Shown here one piece after another: positions 38,818-47,568 of a stretch of DNA of 58,240 nt; within the stretch, counting starts at the first letter, position 1; each line of letters opens with the position of its first letter. Below the pieces are notes generated by a model. That model was not told the DNA's origin. It searched no databases and saw only the letters and a list, made by a program, of their open reading frames with translations. Origin of the DNA: a virus (Duplodnaviria; Caudoviricetes); the IMG/VR virus record IMGVR_UViG_3300046167_000591, positions 1-58,240 of that record, one strand, 5' to 3'. Both the position numbers and the translations under genes were made by a program.

Positions 38818-39042
38818 TTATTCAAGTACATCAACTGGAATGAAACCACTTTGAAGTTCATCTTCATTTATAAAAGTAAAACCTTTATAGTTGAACCAAT
38901 TTCTAATAGGATTTTCATGATCTAATGTTACAAACTTATTTGGTAATTCATGGATCTTGAAACCTCTATATATTTTGTTATTAATTCTAACAAATTGTTT
39001 AGTTTTATTTTTTGAAGAAATTTTAATTTTAATTAAATTCAT
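38818..39042 (-). CDS. Hypothetical early protein
   Basis: 74-aa ORF. Confidence 0.7.
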   Translation of the reverse strand: MNLIKIKISSKNKTKQFVRINNKIYRGFKIHELPNKFVTLDHENPIRNWFNYKGFTFINEDELQSGFIPVDVLE

Positions 39043-39084
39043 AATTTTTAATTTTTAAGTTGTTATTAATTTTAAATTCATATA

Positions 39085-39116
39085 TAATATCAAAGTTACC
39101 TCGTATTTAGATTGTA
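39085..39116 (-). promoter_or_regulatory. Early promoter-like motif, copy 9
   Basis: TAATATCAAAGTTACCTCGTATTTAGATTGTA. Confidence 0.75.
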
Positions 39117-39219
39117 TTTTTGGTGCACTGGTTTAGCGTTGGCGAGTGAGCAAAGCGAACGAGAGCATGAGCGCGACAGCGTCTCTGCTATACACGTTAT
39201 CCCCCGAAGGGGACACATG

Positions 39220-39396
39220 TTACGGCGTGATGTCAATCGGATCGTAATCACGGTCCTCGTAATCCAGTACACTGTGCAGGTCCTGGTAATTGTCACGTGC
39301 GAATCGTATTGCTTCGGCACGGGTTTCGAAATCGTAATGATCTTCGGTGTAGTCACCCTCGTCGTCGTGGCTACGTAATTCTACGGAGTATCTCAT
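39220..39396 (-). CDS. Highly acidic 58-aa early protein (missed by the ORF track)
   Basis: Hand-translated MRYSVELRSHDDEGDYTEDHYDFETRAEAIRFARDNYQDLHSVLDYEDRDYDPIDITP*. ATGA overlap with the upstream gene. Confidence 0.7.
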   Translation of the reverse strand: MRYSVELRSHDDEGDYTEDHYDFETRAEAIRFARDNYQDLHSVLDYEDRDYDPIDITP

Positions 39397-39542
39397 GGTT
39401 TAATGTGTTTAATTGTTTTTTCAATATCGTAGCTCAGTGCTACAAGTTCCAGCTGGTCATCGATCTGTATTAGTTCCTCTCGTGTCCAGGCTGTGGTCAG
39501 GTTCAGGATCCTGTTAATCGCTCTATCTCGCATTGTATTCAT
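39393..39542 (-). CDS. Small early protein (49 aa)
   Basis: Hand-translated MNTMRDRAINRILNLTTAWTREELIQIDDQLELVALSYDIEKTIKHIKP*. Confidence 0.6.
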   Translation of the reverse strand: MNTMRDRAINRILNLTTAWTREELIQIDDQLELVALSYDIEKTIKHIKP

Positions 39543-39551
39543 ATGTTATTG

Positions 39552-39764
39552 TTATTTGTTAAAGCTCCATTCCCAATTATCAGATTCGTTCTGACGTACG
39601 CCGCAGATTATACTGTTGTAAATTTCTGCGACTGTTTGTATTTCATCTGGTGTTGACCAGCAGGTCCATCGTTGTTGATTCGGGAAGTTACCTTCCGCCA
39701 TTAGGTACTGTTGTACGTTACTTTCTTTTGTCATGTTTGTTAATTGTTTGATGTACTTGTTCAT
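39552..39764 (-). CDS. Hypothetical early protein
   Basis: 70-aa ORF. Confidence 0.65.
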   Translation of the reverse strand: MNKYIKQLTNMTKESNVQQYLMAEGNFPNQQRWTCWSTPDEIQTVAEIYNSIICGVRQNESDNWEWSFNK

Positions 39765-39853
39765 ATTCCTGAGATGATTAAAAATTGTTGATACATTTCG
39801 TGTTCTGATTCTGGTGTGATTGTTTCGAACTCTAAGTTTTGGTGATCATTCAT
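39761..39853 (-). CDS. Small peptide (30 aa)
   Basis: MNDHQNLEFETITPESEHEMYQQFLIISGI*. First ORF after motif copy 10, with an ATGA overlap. Confidence 0.5.
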   Translation of the reverse strand: MNDHQNLEFETITPESEHEMYQQFLIISGI

Positions 39854-39876
39854 ATTTATTATTATTTATTTGTTAT

Positions 39877-39908
39877 TAATATCGATTATACTTCGTTTTT
39901 AGTTTGTA
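39877..39908 (-). promoter_or_regulatory. Early promoter-like motif, copy 10
   Basis: TAATATCGATTATACTTCGTTTTTAGTTTGTA, one mismatch to copy 8. Confidence 0.75.
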
Positions 39909-39919
39909 TTTTATATATT

Positions 39920-40114
39920 TTAAAATTCTGAAATATATAGTTTTAAATAATTATTTTTAGTTATTTTTTTAATTAGTTTTAAATCTTTTGAAGATATTAA
40001 AATGGAATTTTTAAATTTAATTGGACTTTTAGTTATATTATTATTATTTATAATTAAATTAAATAATATTGAATTAAAGTTTTTAGAAGTTGAAATTTTA
40101 ATTAATTTAGACAT
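39920..40114 (-). CDS. Extremely AT-rich basic ORF, first gene of the early arm
   Basis: 64 aa, K/I/N/S-rich, directly downstream of motif copy 11. Confidence 0.5.
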   Translation of the reverse strand: MSKLIKISTSKNFNSILFNLIINNNNITKSPIKFKNSILISSKDLKLIKKITKNNYLKLYISEF

Positions 40115-40140
40115 AGTTTATATATTTTTAAATTCAATAT

Positions 40141-40172
40141 TAATATCAAAAATACTTCGTATTTAGAGCGTA
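40141..40172 (-). promoter_or_regulatory. Early promoter-like motif, copy 11
   Basis: TAATATCAAAAATACTTCGTATTTAGAGCGTA. Confidence 0.7.
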
Positions 40173-40235
40173 TTTTTTGAATTATCAAGAGCCTCGCAGA
40201 GAGCAAGAGACAGCGTCTTTGCTATACATGTATTC

Positions 40236-40572
40236 CGTACGTAAACCGAACGTAACGAACGTAATAGGGAACGTACCAGACGTAACGAACGTAAACCAGA
40301 CGTAACAGACGTAACCTGAACGCACGAAACGTAAACGTAAACGTATCAAACGTACGAAACGTATTGGTAACGTAACAGATGTTTGGTGACGAACGTAACG
40401 AACGTACAGGTTTGGTCCATCGCATGTAGTGAGGTCAGGATCACGGCTGCAGGCACAGGATGCCGGCTGTAACGTGCGGAACGTAAACAGACGTAGCAGG
40501 TCGCGCGCTGGGAAAAGCTGAAACCTGGCCAGGAAAACGGACGAAACGTAAAACAAAACGCCCGAAACGTAC
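40236..40572. repeat. Phased ACGT(A) repeat array at the strand switch
   Basis: About 21 ACGT copies. The first ~15 units are spaced 9-12 bp. Confidence 0.9.
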
Positions 40573-40679
40573 AAAAACAGGGGGACTGGGTCGAAACGAA
40601 ACGGTTTTCGGATCCGAGCGCGGCTTCCAAAAATACAATATAACCCCCAAATCCTCTATATCTAATGTAAATTCACCTC

Positions 40680-40705
40680 AAAACACGTAAATATATCTAT
40701 TATAG
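40680..40705 (+). promoter_or_regulatory. Putative late promoter
   Basis: AAAACACGTAAATATATCTATTATA at the head of the + arm. Confidence 0.6.
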
Positions 40706-40720
40706 TAAAAATATACGTAA

Positions 40721-40966
40721 ATGGCTCAGAAATTAAGTAAAAAAGCCGCTACAGCTAAGAAAGTACGCGATTTAAAGACGGCAAATACGACTAGAAGAGC
40801 TACAATGCGAGCAGAAAACCAAAAAGCAAGGCGTGCAGCGATAAAAAAGCACGGTAAAGACTGGCTTAAGGGTAAAGATTACGACCATAACTGTAAATGC
40901 TTCGTATCTGTGAAGAAAAACAGGGGTGGTTATGGAAAAGGAACTAAAAAATATAATACAAAATAA
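40721..40966 (+). CDS. Small basic protein with a degenerate HNH-like motif
   Basis: GKDYDHN...FVSVKKNRG. K/R-rich. Confidence 0.6.
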   Translation: MAQKLSKKAATAKKVRDLKTANTTRRATMRAENQKARRAAIKKHGKDWLKGKDYDHNCKCFVSVKKNRGGYGKGTKKYNTK

Positions 40967-40975
40967 AAAAGTAAG

Positions 40976-42963
40976 ATGGCGATAATATACAGTTTTCCAA
41001 AAAAATCATCTTTAACCGGTAACGAGATTGTTTTAATAAGTGATGTTGATGCAGTTGGAAATCCTTCTAGGAACGCCACTATTAGCACGATAGCTTCTCA
41101 TACCATAGATGTTTTTTCCGACATTAGCGCATACAGAATACCTGTAGCAACTAGCGGATCTAAAATAGTTAACGGCTTGTTGTATCAAGATACAGCTCAA
41201 GCGTCTGGAACAACTCCTACGGGTTCTATTGTTTATTTAAACGATGGTTCAGGTAATGGTAGTTTAGAAGTAATACAGGCAATCTCTGCTGGTACTACAG
41301 TTGCAGTAGGTACTAACTTAACAGTTGGTGGTACAGCTACAGTTACAGGTGATGCTACAGTAAATGGTAAAACCACAACTAATGGTACATTGTCATTAGC
41401 AGGGCCCTATAAATGACTCTACAGACACAACAGGTGATACAGATCAGTTACTAAGTTCAAACGCATCAGGTGAAGTAATATGGAAAGATGAAGCGGATTT
41501 AAATGTACACTCTTCACAAAAAGTAATACAAACAGTAAGATTCAGTGAAGCGGTATCAAAAGGTGACCCTGTATATATAGATACGTATAATGTAGGTCAA
41601 GGCATACAAGTTGTAGGTAAAGCAGATGCTTCTGATCCAAACAAGATGCCGGCCTATGGTATTGCTAATGAGGACTATGGTATAAATACCAATGGCGAAA
41701 TAACCGCTATAGGATCATTCAATGGTACATTTGATACTTCAGGGCTTATTGAAAAATCAGTGGTGTATGTTTCACCAGGTGGTGGTCTTACATCAATAAA
41801 ACCTATAGGCACTAACTTAATACAAAACATTGGATTTTGTTCAAGATCAAATGCAAATAACGGTGAATTAGAAGTTGTTGCAGTTGGTAGAACAAATGAT
41901 TTGCCAAACCTGCAAGAAGGATATATATGGAAAGGTGATGCTAACGGTGTGCCACAAGCAGTATCTGAATTAGCTAACTCACCGTGGGAACAATCAGGAA
42001 CAGCTATTATTAAACAAGGACGTGATGAAGCGAACTACGGCACGCCAGGTGCTGATGCAATAGACGGTAGTAATTCTACAAGTGCTTCTGCAACTAAAGG
42101 TGCTACAGGCGCTGATTCTACAGCTTTTGGTAAAAATACAACAGCAAGCGGTATTGGTTCAACAGCTATAGGTAATTTTAGTGTAGCAAGTGGAGATTAC
42201 TCTACAGTTTTAGGTACCACACATACAGCTAGTGGTTATGCTGCTTTTGCTGCTGGTAATGCAAATACAGCTTCTGGTAACGAATCCATTGCAATGGGTA
42301 GAAACACAATAGCATCAGGAAATCAGTCTCTCGCAATAGGCGACAATGTTGAAGCTATTAGTACCGGCTCTATAGCAATAGGTGATAAAGATGTTGCTCT
42401 TAAAGGTATTTCTTCAGGGATTGTATTCATTAATGATTGGTAAAAATGGTTTAGCTAGCGGCAATTATTCTATAGCTATAGGTCTTGCAAATAACGCAAC
42501 AGCTAGCTATGCTTTAGCAACCGGTCAAAACTCTGACGCATCAGGCCTTCATGCTTTTGCTCACGGTCTTAACTCAACTGCATCCGGTTCTAGATCATTC
42601 AGTAATGGATGGGGTACTACAGCTTCAGGTGCTAACGCTTGGGCTGGTGGTAAAGATTCTACCGCTTCTGGAGACAGATCATTTGCTTTCGGTTTAGAAG
42701 TTAACGCGGATGATGCTAACATGGTTGCTTTTGGTAAATACAATAAACTAAACACAGGTAACAACTCTGTATTCCAGGTTGGTGTTGGCGCAAGTGATGT
42801 AGCAAGAGATAATGCTTTTGATATTCACCAAAACGGTACAATACTAATGTCAGTACTGCAGCAATCAACATCTTATGCAAACGATGGGGCTGCACAATCA
42901 GGAGGTGTTCCAATTGGTGGTTTATATAGAAATGGAAACGTTGTACAAATAAGAATTACATAA
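40976..42963 (+). CDS. Tail fibre/receptor-binding protein with YadA-head-like repeats (apparent frameshifts at ~41410 and ~42425)
   Basis: Repeats of ~14 aa, ASG-x-S-x-A-x-G-x-N (ASGIGSTAIGNFS, ASGNESIAMGRNT...). ORFs 40976-41416, 41646-42443 and 42382-42963 join, and 41415-41645 is open in a shifted frame. Confidence 0.8.
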
Positions 42964-42974
42964 ATAAACATATA

Positions 42975-43302
42975 ATGGGAAACTGGAAAATATTAGACAT
43001 GATACATACTGTAAGCACTGGAGAGGTTATAACAGTATATTCAGCTTACGAGGTTGAAGATGCAGTTACAGCTGTAAGAAAGGTATTTGAAAATGAGTTT
43101 TCAGCTGATCCATCAGATCCTGGATATATACCTTACGAAGATTTAACCGAAGCAATTGTTATTGGTTGGGTGAAAGACGCGTTAGGTGCAACCGTAGTAG
43201 CAGATACAGAGGCTGTGGTGCAAGCGGCATTTGATGTTAAAAAACAAGAAATAGAAAGCCCAGTAGAAGCAGGACGGACTTCCTTGGGTTGAAGAAGAGT
43301 AA
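42975..43302 (+). CDS. Conserved tail-fibre-associated protein
   Basis: YIPYEDLTEAIVIGWVKDALG. The C-terminus GLPWVEEE* follows a frameshift. Confidence 0.6.
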
Positions 43303-43310
43303 TATTGCGT

Positions 43311-43335
43311 AAAAACACGTAATAATACACATAAG
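43311..43335 (+). promoter_or_regulatory. Putative late promoter upstream of groEL
   Basis: AAAAACACGTAATAATACACATAAG. Confidence 0.6.
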
Positions 43336-43362
43336 TAATAATCTAATTAAATTTAATATAAT

Positions 43363-44916
43363 ATGGCAGATGCAATCGTAAAGCATCTTAACTTTGGCAG
43401 CGATGCTAAGGATAAGATATTTGAAGGTATAAGCAAACTTACAAAAGCCGTTAGTTCAACACTAGGTGCTAGCGGGCAGTGCGTGATAATGGAAGACAAT
43501 CAAGGTAAACCTATTATTACAAAAGACGGTGTTACAGTAGCAAACACAATAGTGCTACTAGACCCTGTAGAAAATATGGGTGCTACGCTAATTAAAGAGG
43601 CAGCTAGAAAAACTGTTGGCGAAGCTGGAGACGGTACGACGACAGCAACTGTTTTAGCCCATGCGATTATTGAATCCGCGCAGGAGGCGTTGAAAACAGA
43701 AAGCCCACGAGCGATAAAAGAAGGCATTAACAAAGCTGTTGATAGTGTTGTAAAATATTTGGAAAAAATTTCGGTACCTGTTACCGGTAAAATGATTGAC
43801 CAAGTTGCAACTATATCTGCCAACAATGATCCAGAGCTTGGTGAAATAATAGCTAACGCTTTTAAAGCTGTAGATGAAACCGGTGTAGTTATGATGGAAA
43901 CTACTGACGAAGCAGAAACATGGATCGATATAGTTGACGGTATGCAATATGACGCAGGATTAAAAGCCTCGCACTTTATTACAGATAAAATAAAAGGTAC
44001 AGCGGAACTTCACAATCCACTGGTATTAATTACTGAGTCTAATATACCGAACATAAGAAGAATACAGAACATACTTGAGTATGTGATTAAGAATAAAGAA
44101 TCATTGTTAATTATAGGTGATGTAGATATACAAGTGTTAAATACATTAGCTATGAATAACTTGCAAGGTAACATAAAAGTAAATGTAATAGATTTACCAA
44201 CATATGGTATTTCTCGTAAATCTATTATGGAAGACATTTCGCTTTTAACTGGAGCAAAAATATTTAATGAAGATTTAGGTGATGACATGGATGTTGTTAA
44301 TGAGTCTATGTTAGGTAGATGTATTAAGGCAACTACTAATGATGCTGAAACTATATTACAAGTTGAAAAAGATACTCCAGAAGTTAAAAAAGCTATAGAA
44401 GCTACAAAGAAAGAGCTGGAAAATAAAATGTTACCAGGACATAAAGTTAGACTAGAAAAAAAATTAGCTAGGCTATCCGCTAAAGTTGCAATAGTAAAAG
44501 TAGGAGCAAACTCTGAAGTTGAACTAAAAGAAAAGCGCGATAGAGTGGAAGATGCTATTTGTGCTACAAAAGCCGCTATTAAAGAAGGCATAGTTCCAGG
44601 GGGAGGCGTTGCATTACTAAATGCTTCAACTTTAACATCGTCAAAAACAAAAGGCGAAGAAGTTTTATTAGACGCAATAAAAGCACCTTACAAAACAATA
44701 CTTGCTAATGCAGGTTTTGATGAAGTTTATCCTCAGCATAAAGGCAAAGGATTAAACGTGGTTACAGGGAATATGGTAAATATGATTAAGTCTGGTATTA
44801 TAGATCCTTCACTTGTAACAAAAAGTGCTCTCAGAAATGCGGCTAGTGTAGCCACAACTATTTTATCAACTGATTGTGTAATTAATAACTTAAGAATTAA
44901 TGAAGGCAATAGGTAG
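43363..44916 (+). CDS. groEL: Chaperonin GroEL (phage-encoded)
   Basis: ITKDGVTVA, AGDGTTTATVLA, ATISANND, VEDAICATKAAIKEGIVPGGG, GIIDP. Confidence 0.96.
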   Translation: MADAIVKHLNFGSDAKDKIFEGISKLTKAVSSTLGASGQCVIMEDNQGKPIITKDGVTVANTIVLLDPVENMGATLIKEAARKTVGEAGDGTTTATVLAHAIIESAQEALKTESPRAIKEGINKAVDSVVKYLEKISVPVTGKMIDQVATISANNDPELGEIIANAFKAVDETGVVMMETTDEAETWIDIVDGMQYDAGLKASHFITDKIKGTAELHNPLVLITESNIPNIRRIQNILEYVIKNKESLLIIGDVDIQVLNTLAMNNLQGNIKVNVIDLPTYGISRKSIMEDISLLTGAKIFNEDLGDDMDVVNESMLGRCIKATTNDAETILQVEKDTPEVKKAIEATKKELENKMLPGHKVRLEKKLARLSAKVAIVKVGANSEVELKEKRDRVEDAICATKAAIKEGIVPGGGVALLNASTLTSSKTKGEEVLLDAIKAPYKTILANAGFDEVYPQHKGKGLNVVTGNMVNMIKSGIIDPSLVTKSALRNAASVATTILSTDCVINNLRINEGNR

Positions 44917-45160
44917 ATATATAGTTGTTACTCCTGAAAAGCAAGGAAAACAAAAAACAAAAGGTGGATTAATGCTAGCTGAAAATGCTAGAGACGATCT
45001 ACGATATAATATAGCCACAGTAAAATCTATAGGATCTGAAGTGTTAGGCATAAAAGAAGGTAGTAAAATATACTACGATAAGCATGCCGGCCACAGTATA
45101 GAAATAGATAAAGTCATATATAAAGTTATTCAACTACAAGATGTTGTTATAGTTTTATGA
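44900..45160 (+). CDS. groES: Co-chaperonin GroES
   Basis: KTKGGLML mobile loop and ATVKSIG...IKEGSKIYY. Overlaps groEL. Confidence 0.88.
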   Translation: MKAIGRYIVVTPEKQGKQKTKGGLMLAENARDDLRYNIATVKSIGSEVLGIKEGSKIYYDKHAGHSIEIDKVIYKVIQLQDVVIVL

Positions 45161-45600
45161 GAAGATTAGAGCCTAATGATTTACGTGCGCTTAATATTTT
45201 AAAGCATTACAGATTAATCAGAAGATGGGCTTGTAGAAATAATAACTTGCAAGACGCAGATTTAGAATTATTAATATATTTTGATTGTTTAGAACATTTT
45301 ACTAAGCAAGACTATAAGATCGGTACTTATGCTTATAGCTGGGATAAGTTGCGCTGGGACAGATTGTTAAAAGAAGGTTGGATAACTGTTTGGAGAAAAA
45401 GAAACAGGACCACACAATTGTATCATATTTATAAAGTCTCTTTTAAGTGTAAACAGCTAATAAGTAGAATATACCGTATTATGTTAGGCGAAGAAGATAT
45501 ACCTATGACAAAATCAAATAAGATAATGACTAATGACACGTATTCTGATAAAGTATTGCGCAAAGCAATAGATTATATGAATAAAGATAAAAACAGGTAA
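45157..45600 (+). CDS. Winged-helix-like hypothetical protein
   Basis: DLELLIYFD...WDRLLKEGWITVWR...YKVSFKCK. Confidence 0.5.
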   Translation: MRRLEPNDLRALNILKHYRLIRRWACRNNNLQDADLELLIYFDCLEHFTKQDYKIGTYAYSWDKLRWDRLLKEGWITVWRKRNRTTQLYHIYKVSFKCKQLISRIYRIMLGEEDIPMTKSNKIMTNDTYSDKVLRKAIDYMNKDKNR

Positions 45601-45602
45601 AT

Positions 45603-46058
45603 ATGAGTTTTATAACAGCAGGAGCTTCTTCAATGAACGCTCTTTATAATACAGATTCAAGCGGGTTATTTGGCATAGGTGGTATTGCAGGAAACTTACT
45701 AGGAAGAAGAAGAAGAGAAGCGGCTAGAAAAAGAAAAGAAGCAAGATCAATGTCTACAGCAGCTGGTGCTAATAATCAGATAGAAAGCAGACTTTCTGCA
45801 GTTGAAGGCGCTCTTGAAGAATTAAACACTGCTACTAGTGAGCCAGTTGTAGATACTCCATCTGAAGCACCTGTACCGCAAGTTTCAGCAGGTGCAACAA
45901 ATAATCTAAAAGCTTTAGGTACTATAGAAGGTGTATTTGGCGGACCAGAACAAAGAGACATTACAAGAGCACAAGTAATGGCAGAGCCTGTAGCACCCCC
46001 AACAGTACAAGAGTCATTACAAGATCAATTAGGTAAAACAATATTAGGAATACAATAA
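45603..46058 (+). CDS. Hypothetical (possible virion) protein
   Basis: 151-aa ORF. Confidence 0.65.
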   Translation: MSFITAGASSMNALYNTDSSGLFGIGGIAGNLLGRRRREAARKRKEARSMSTAAGANNQIESRLSAVEGALEELNTATSEPVVDTPSEAPVPQVSAGATNNLKALGTIEGVFGGPEQRDITRAQVMAEPVAPPTVQESLQDQLGKTILGIQ

Positions 46059-46069
46059 ACAAAAATATC

Positions 46070-46249
46070 ATGGCAACAAAAAACGGTAATTTAGGAGCAA
46101 ATACAATTTGGGACGGTCCTTTAAGTCAAGAAGGTAGACCACATAAAAAAGGGTCTAGCTCTGGACCAAATGGAATGCCAATAAGTAAATACCCATGCAA
46201 AAGTTATGAGCTTAACGGCCCGATTACTCAGCGTGCTAAAGGCAAGTAG
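46070..46249 (+). CDS. Small hypothetical protein (59 aa)
   Basis: Hand-translated MATKNGNLGANTIWDGPLSQEGRPHKKGSSSG...GPITQRAKGK*. Confidence 0.7.
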   Translation: MATKNGNLGANTIWDGPLSQEGRPHKKGSSSGPNGMPISKYPCKSYELNGPITQRAKGK

Positions 46250-46250
46250 A

Positions 46251-46403
46251 ATGGATGACATCAAAGTATATGGTTTAAATACTTTTGCTTTTTTTATGTC
46301 TATATTTGATAGAGTAGATGCAATATTAAAAGTAACGCTTCTACTTGTATCAATAGGATATACAATTGCTAAATGGTATCAGCTTCATAAAGGTAAAAAA
46401 TAA
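46251..46403 (+). CDS. Small membrane protein (holin-like)
   Basis: MDDIKVYGLNTFAFFMSIF...ILKVTLLLVSIGYTIAKW, with a basic tail. Confidence 0.55.
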   Translation: MDDIKVYGLNTFAFFMSIFDRVDAILKVTLLLVSIGYTIAKWYQLHKGKK

Positions 46404-46426
46404 TAATAACAAGTAATAATTATAAT

Positions 46427-46732
46427 ATGGCTTCACGATTAGATAAAGATAAAATGCCATGTAATAAACCACGTAAATCCCCTAAGAAAGATAAAAAGAA
46501 AGTGGTTAAAGCATGTCAGGGCGGTAAAGAAAAAATTATACATTTTGGACACAGTTCATATGGTCATAATTATTCTGCGGCTGCAAGAAAATCTTTTAAG
46601 GCTAGACACAAGTGTAGCACAGCTAAAGATAAACTAACTGCCAGATACTGGGCTTGTAAAAACCTATGGGCTGGTAAAGGCGGATCTAAAAAATCAAGCC
46701 CTAAAGGGGTAAGAGGAAAATATGGTAAATAA
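46427..46732 (+). CDS. Basic conserved phage protein
   Basis: KIIHFG...RKSFKARHKC...TARYWACKNLW. Confidence 0.75.
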   Translation: MASRLDKDKMPCNKPRKSPKKDKKKVVKACQGGKEKIIHFGHSSYGHNYSAAARKSFKARHKCSTAKDKLTARYWACKNLWAGKGGSKKSSPKGVRGKYGK

Positions 46733-46883
46733 ATCAAAAGGATTAGGGGATTCTATTGAAAAATTTACTAAGGCTACAGGAATTAAAACTGTAGTTGATA
46801 AATTGTCCGACGGGTTAAATATACCCTGTGGATGCGGGCAAAGGAAGGATTACTTGAACAAAAAGTTTCCATACAACAATTAA
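46722..46883 (+). CDS. Small CGC-motif protein (53 aa)
   Basis: Hand-translated MVNKSKGLGDSIEKFTKATGIK...PCGCGQRKDYLNKKFPYNN*. Confidence 0.7.
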   Translation: MVNKSKGLGDSIEKFTKATGIKTVVDKLSDGLNIPCGCGQRKDYLNKKFPYNN

Positions 46884-46894
46884 CTAACACTACA

Positions 46895-47254
46895 ATGAAA
46901 TTTATTTTAATCTTATTATTTCCACTGCTTACAATGGGGCAGATGGATCTTACAAAATCTTTAAAAGTAAATCAAGACTTTCAAGGATTTTGGATCGCAA
47001 AAGAAAGTAGCTATGTAAACGTATTTTTATGGAATGAAAAAGACGGCATTACAGCTTTTAACTTTAGTTTTATAAAAGGTAAAGTTTACAAACAAAAAGT
47101 TATTAAATCAATAAAGGGTTTGGTACAATCCGCAATAATACATCCCGACACAGGTTGGGCGGTTAATGTATCATACAGAATAAACGGTGAAGTTATCGTT
47201 GCTGATTACACAGGTGACTTCCAAGGAAAAATAGTATATAGAAAATTAAAATAA
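46895..47254 (+). CDS. Exported hypothetical protein
   Basis: Signal peptide MKFILILLFPLLTMG. Confidence 0.65.
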   Translation: MKFILILLFPLLTMGQMDLTKSLKVNQDFQGFWIAKESSYVNVFLWNEKDGITAFNFSFIKGKVYKQKVIKSIKGLVQSAIIHPDTGWAVNVSYRINGEVIVADYTGDFQGKIVYRKLK

Positions 47255-47553
47255 TGCCATTTAAAATAAAGCCACCTATAAACACAAATACTACTCCCAT
47301 ATATTATGTGAATGAAGAAGAAAATGTTTTAGGTAGAACTAATGCTAATGGTACTATTACAATAAACGAAAAAATTAAATCTCCGTTAGAAATAAGAAAA
47401 GTCATAAGACATGAAATGGTACATGTTGATCAAATTAAAAGAGGTGACTTAAGTTATGATAACGACAATGTATATTGGAAAGGTAAAACTTATCCGCGTT
47501 CTAAAATGAATGAAGGCGCTAAAAAATTACCCTTGGGAAAAAGAAGCATATAA
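47254..47553 (+). CDS. Small zincin metallopeptidase
   Basis: VIRHEMVHVDQ HExxH. The C-terminus LPWEKEAY is in a shifted frame. Confidence 0.7.
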   Translation: MPFKIKPPINTNTTPIYYVNEEENVLGRTNANGTITINEKIKSPLEIRKVIRHEMVHVDQIKRGDLSYDNDNVYWKGKTYPRSKMNEGAKKLPLGKRSI

Positions 47554-47568
47554 CAAAAAATAAATATC

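Noticed and set aside
39096-39378. ORFs 39096-39356 (-) and 39112-39378 (+)
   Set aside because: Shadow frames of the coupled 58-aa acidic gene at 39220-39396 in GC-rich DNA.
32571-40172. 32-bp repeats as a CRISPR or mini-array
   Set aside because: The copies are degenerate, separated by whole genes (0.25-1.7 kb) and always upstream of starts. No cas genes are present.
40185-40650. Four overlapping minus-strand ORFs rich in F/V/R/T/Y
   Set aside because: They are by-products of the ACGTA array, have low complexity and lie upstream of the first early motif.
40721-40966. Mobile HNH homing endonuclease
   Set aside because: It is only 81 aa with a partial DH...N motif and no intron context, so it was kept as a basic hypothetical protein.
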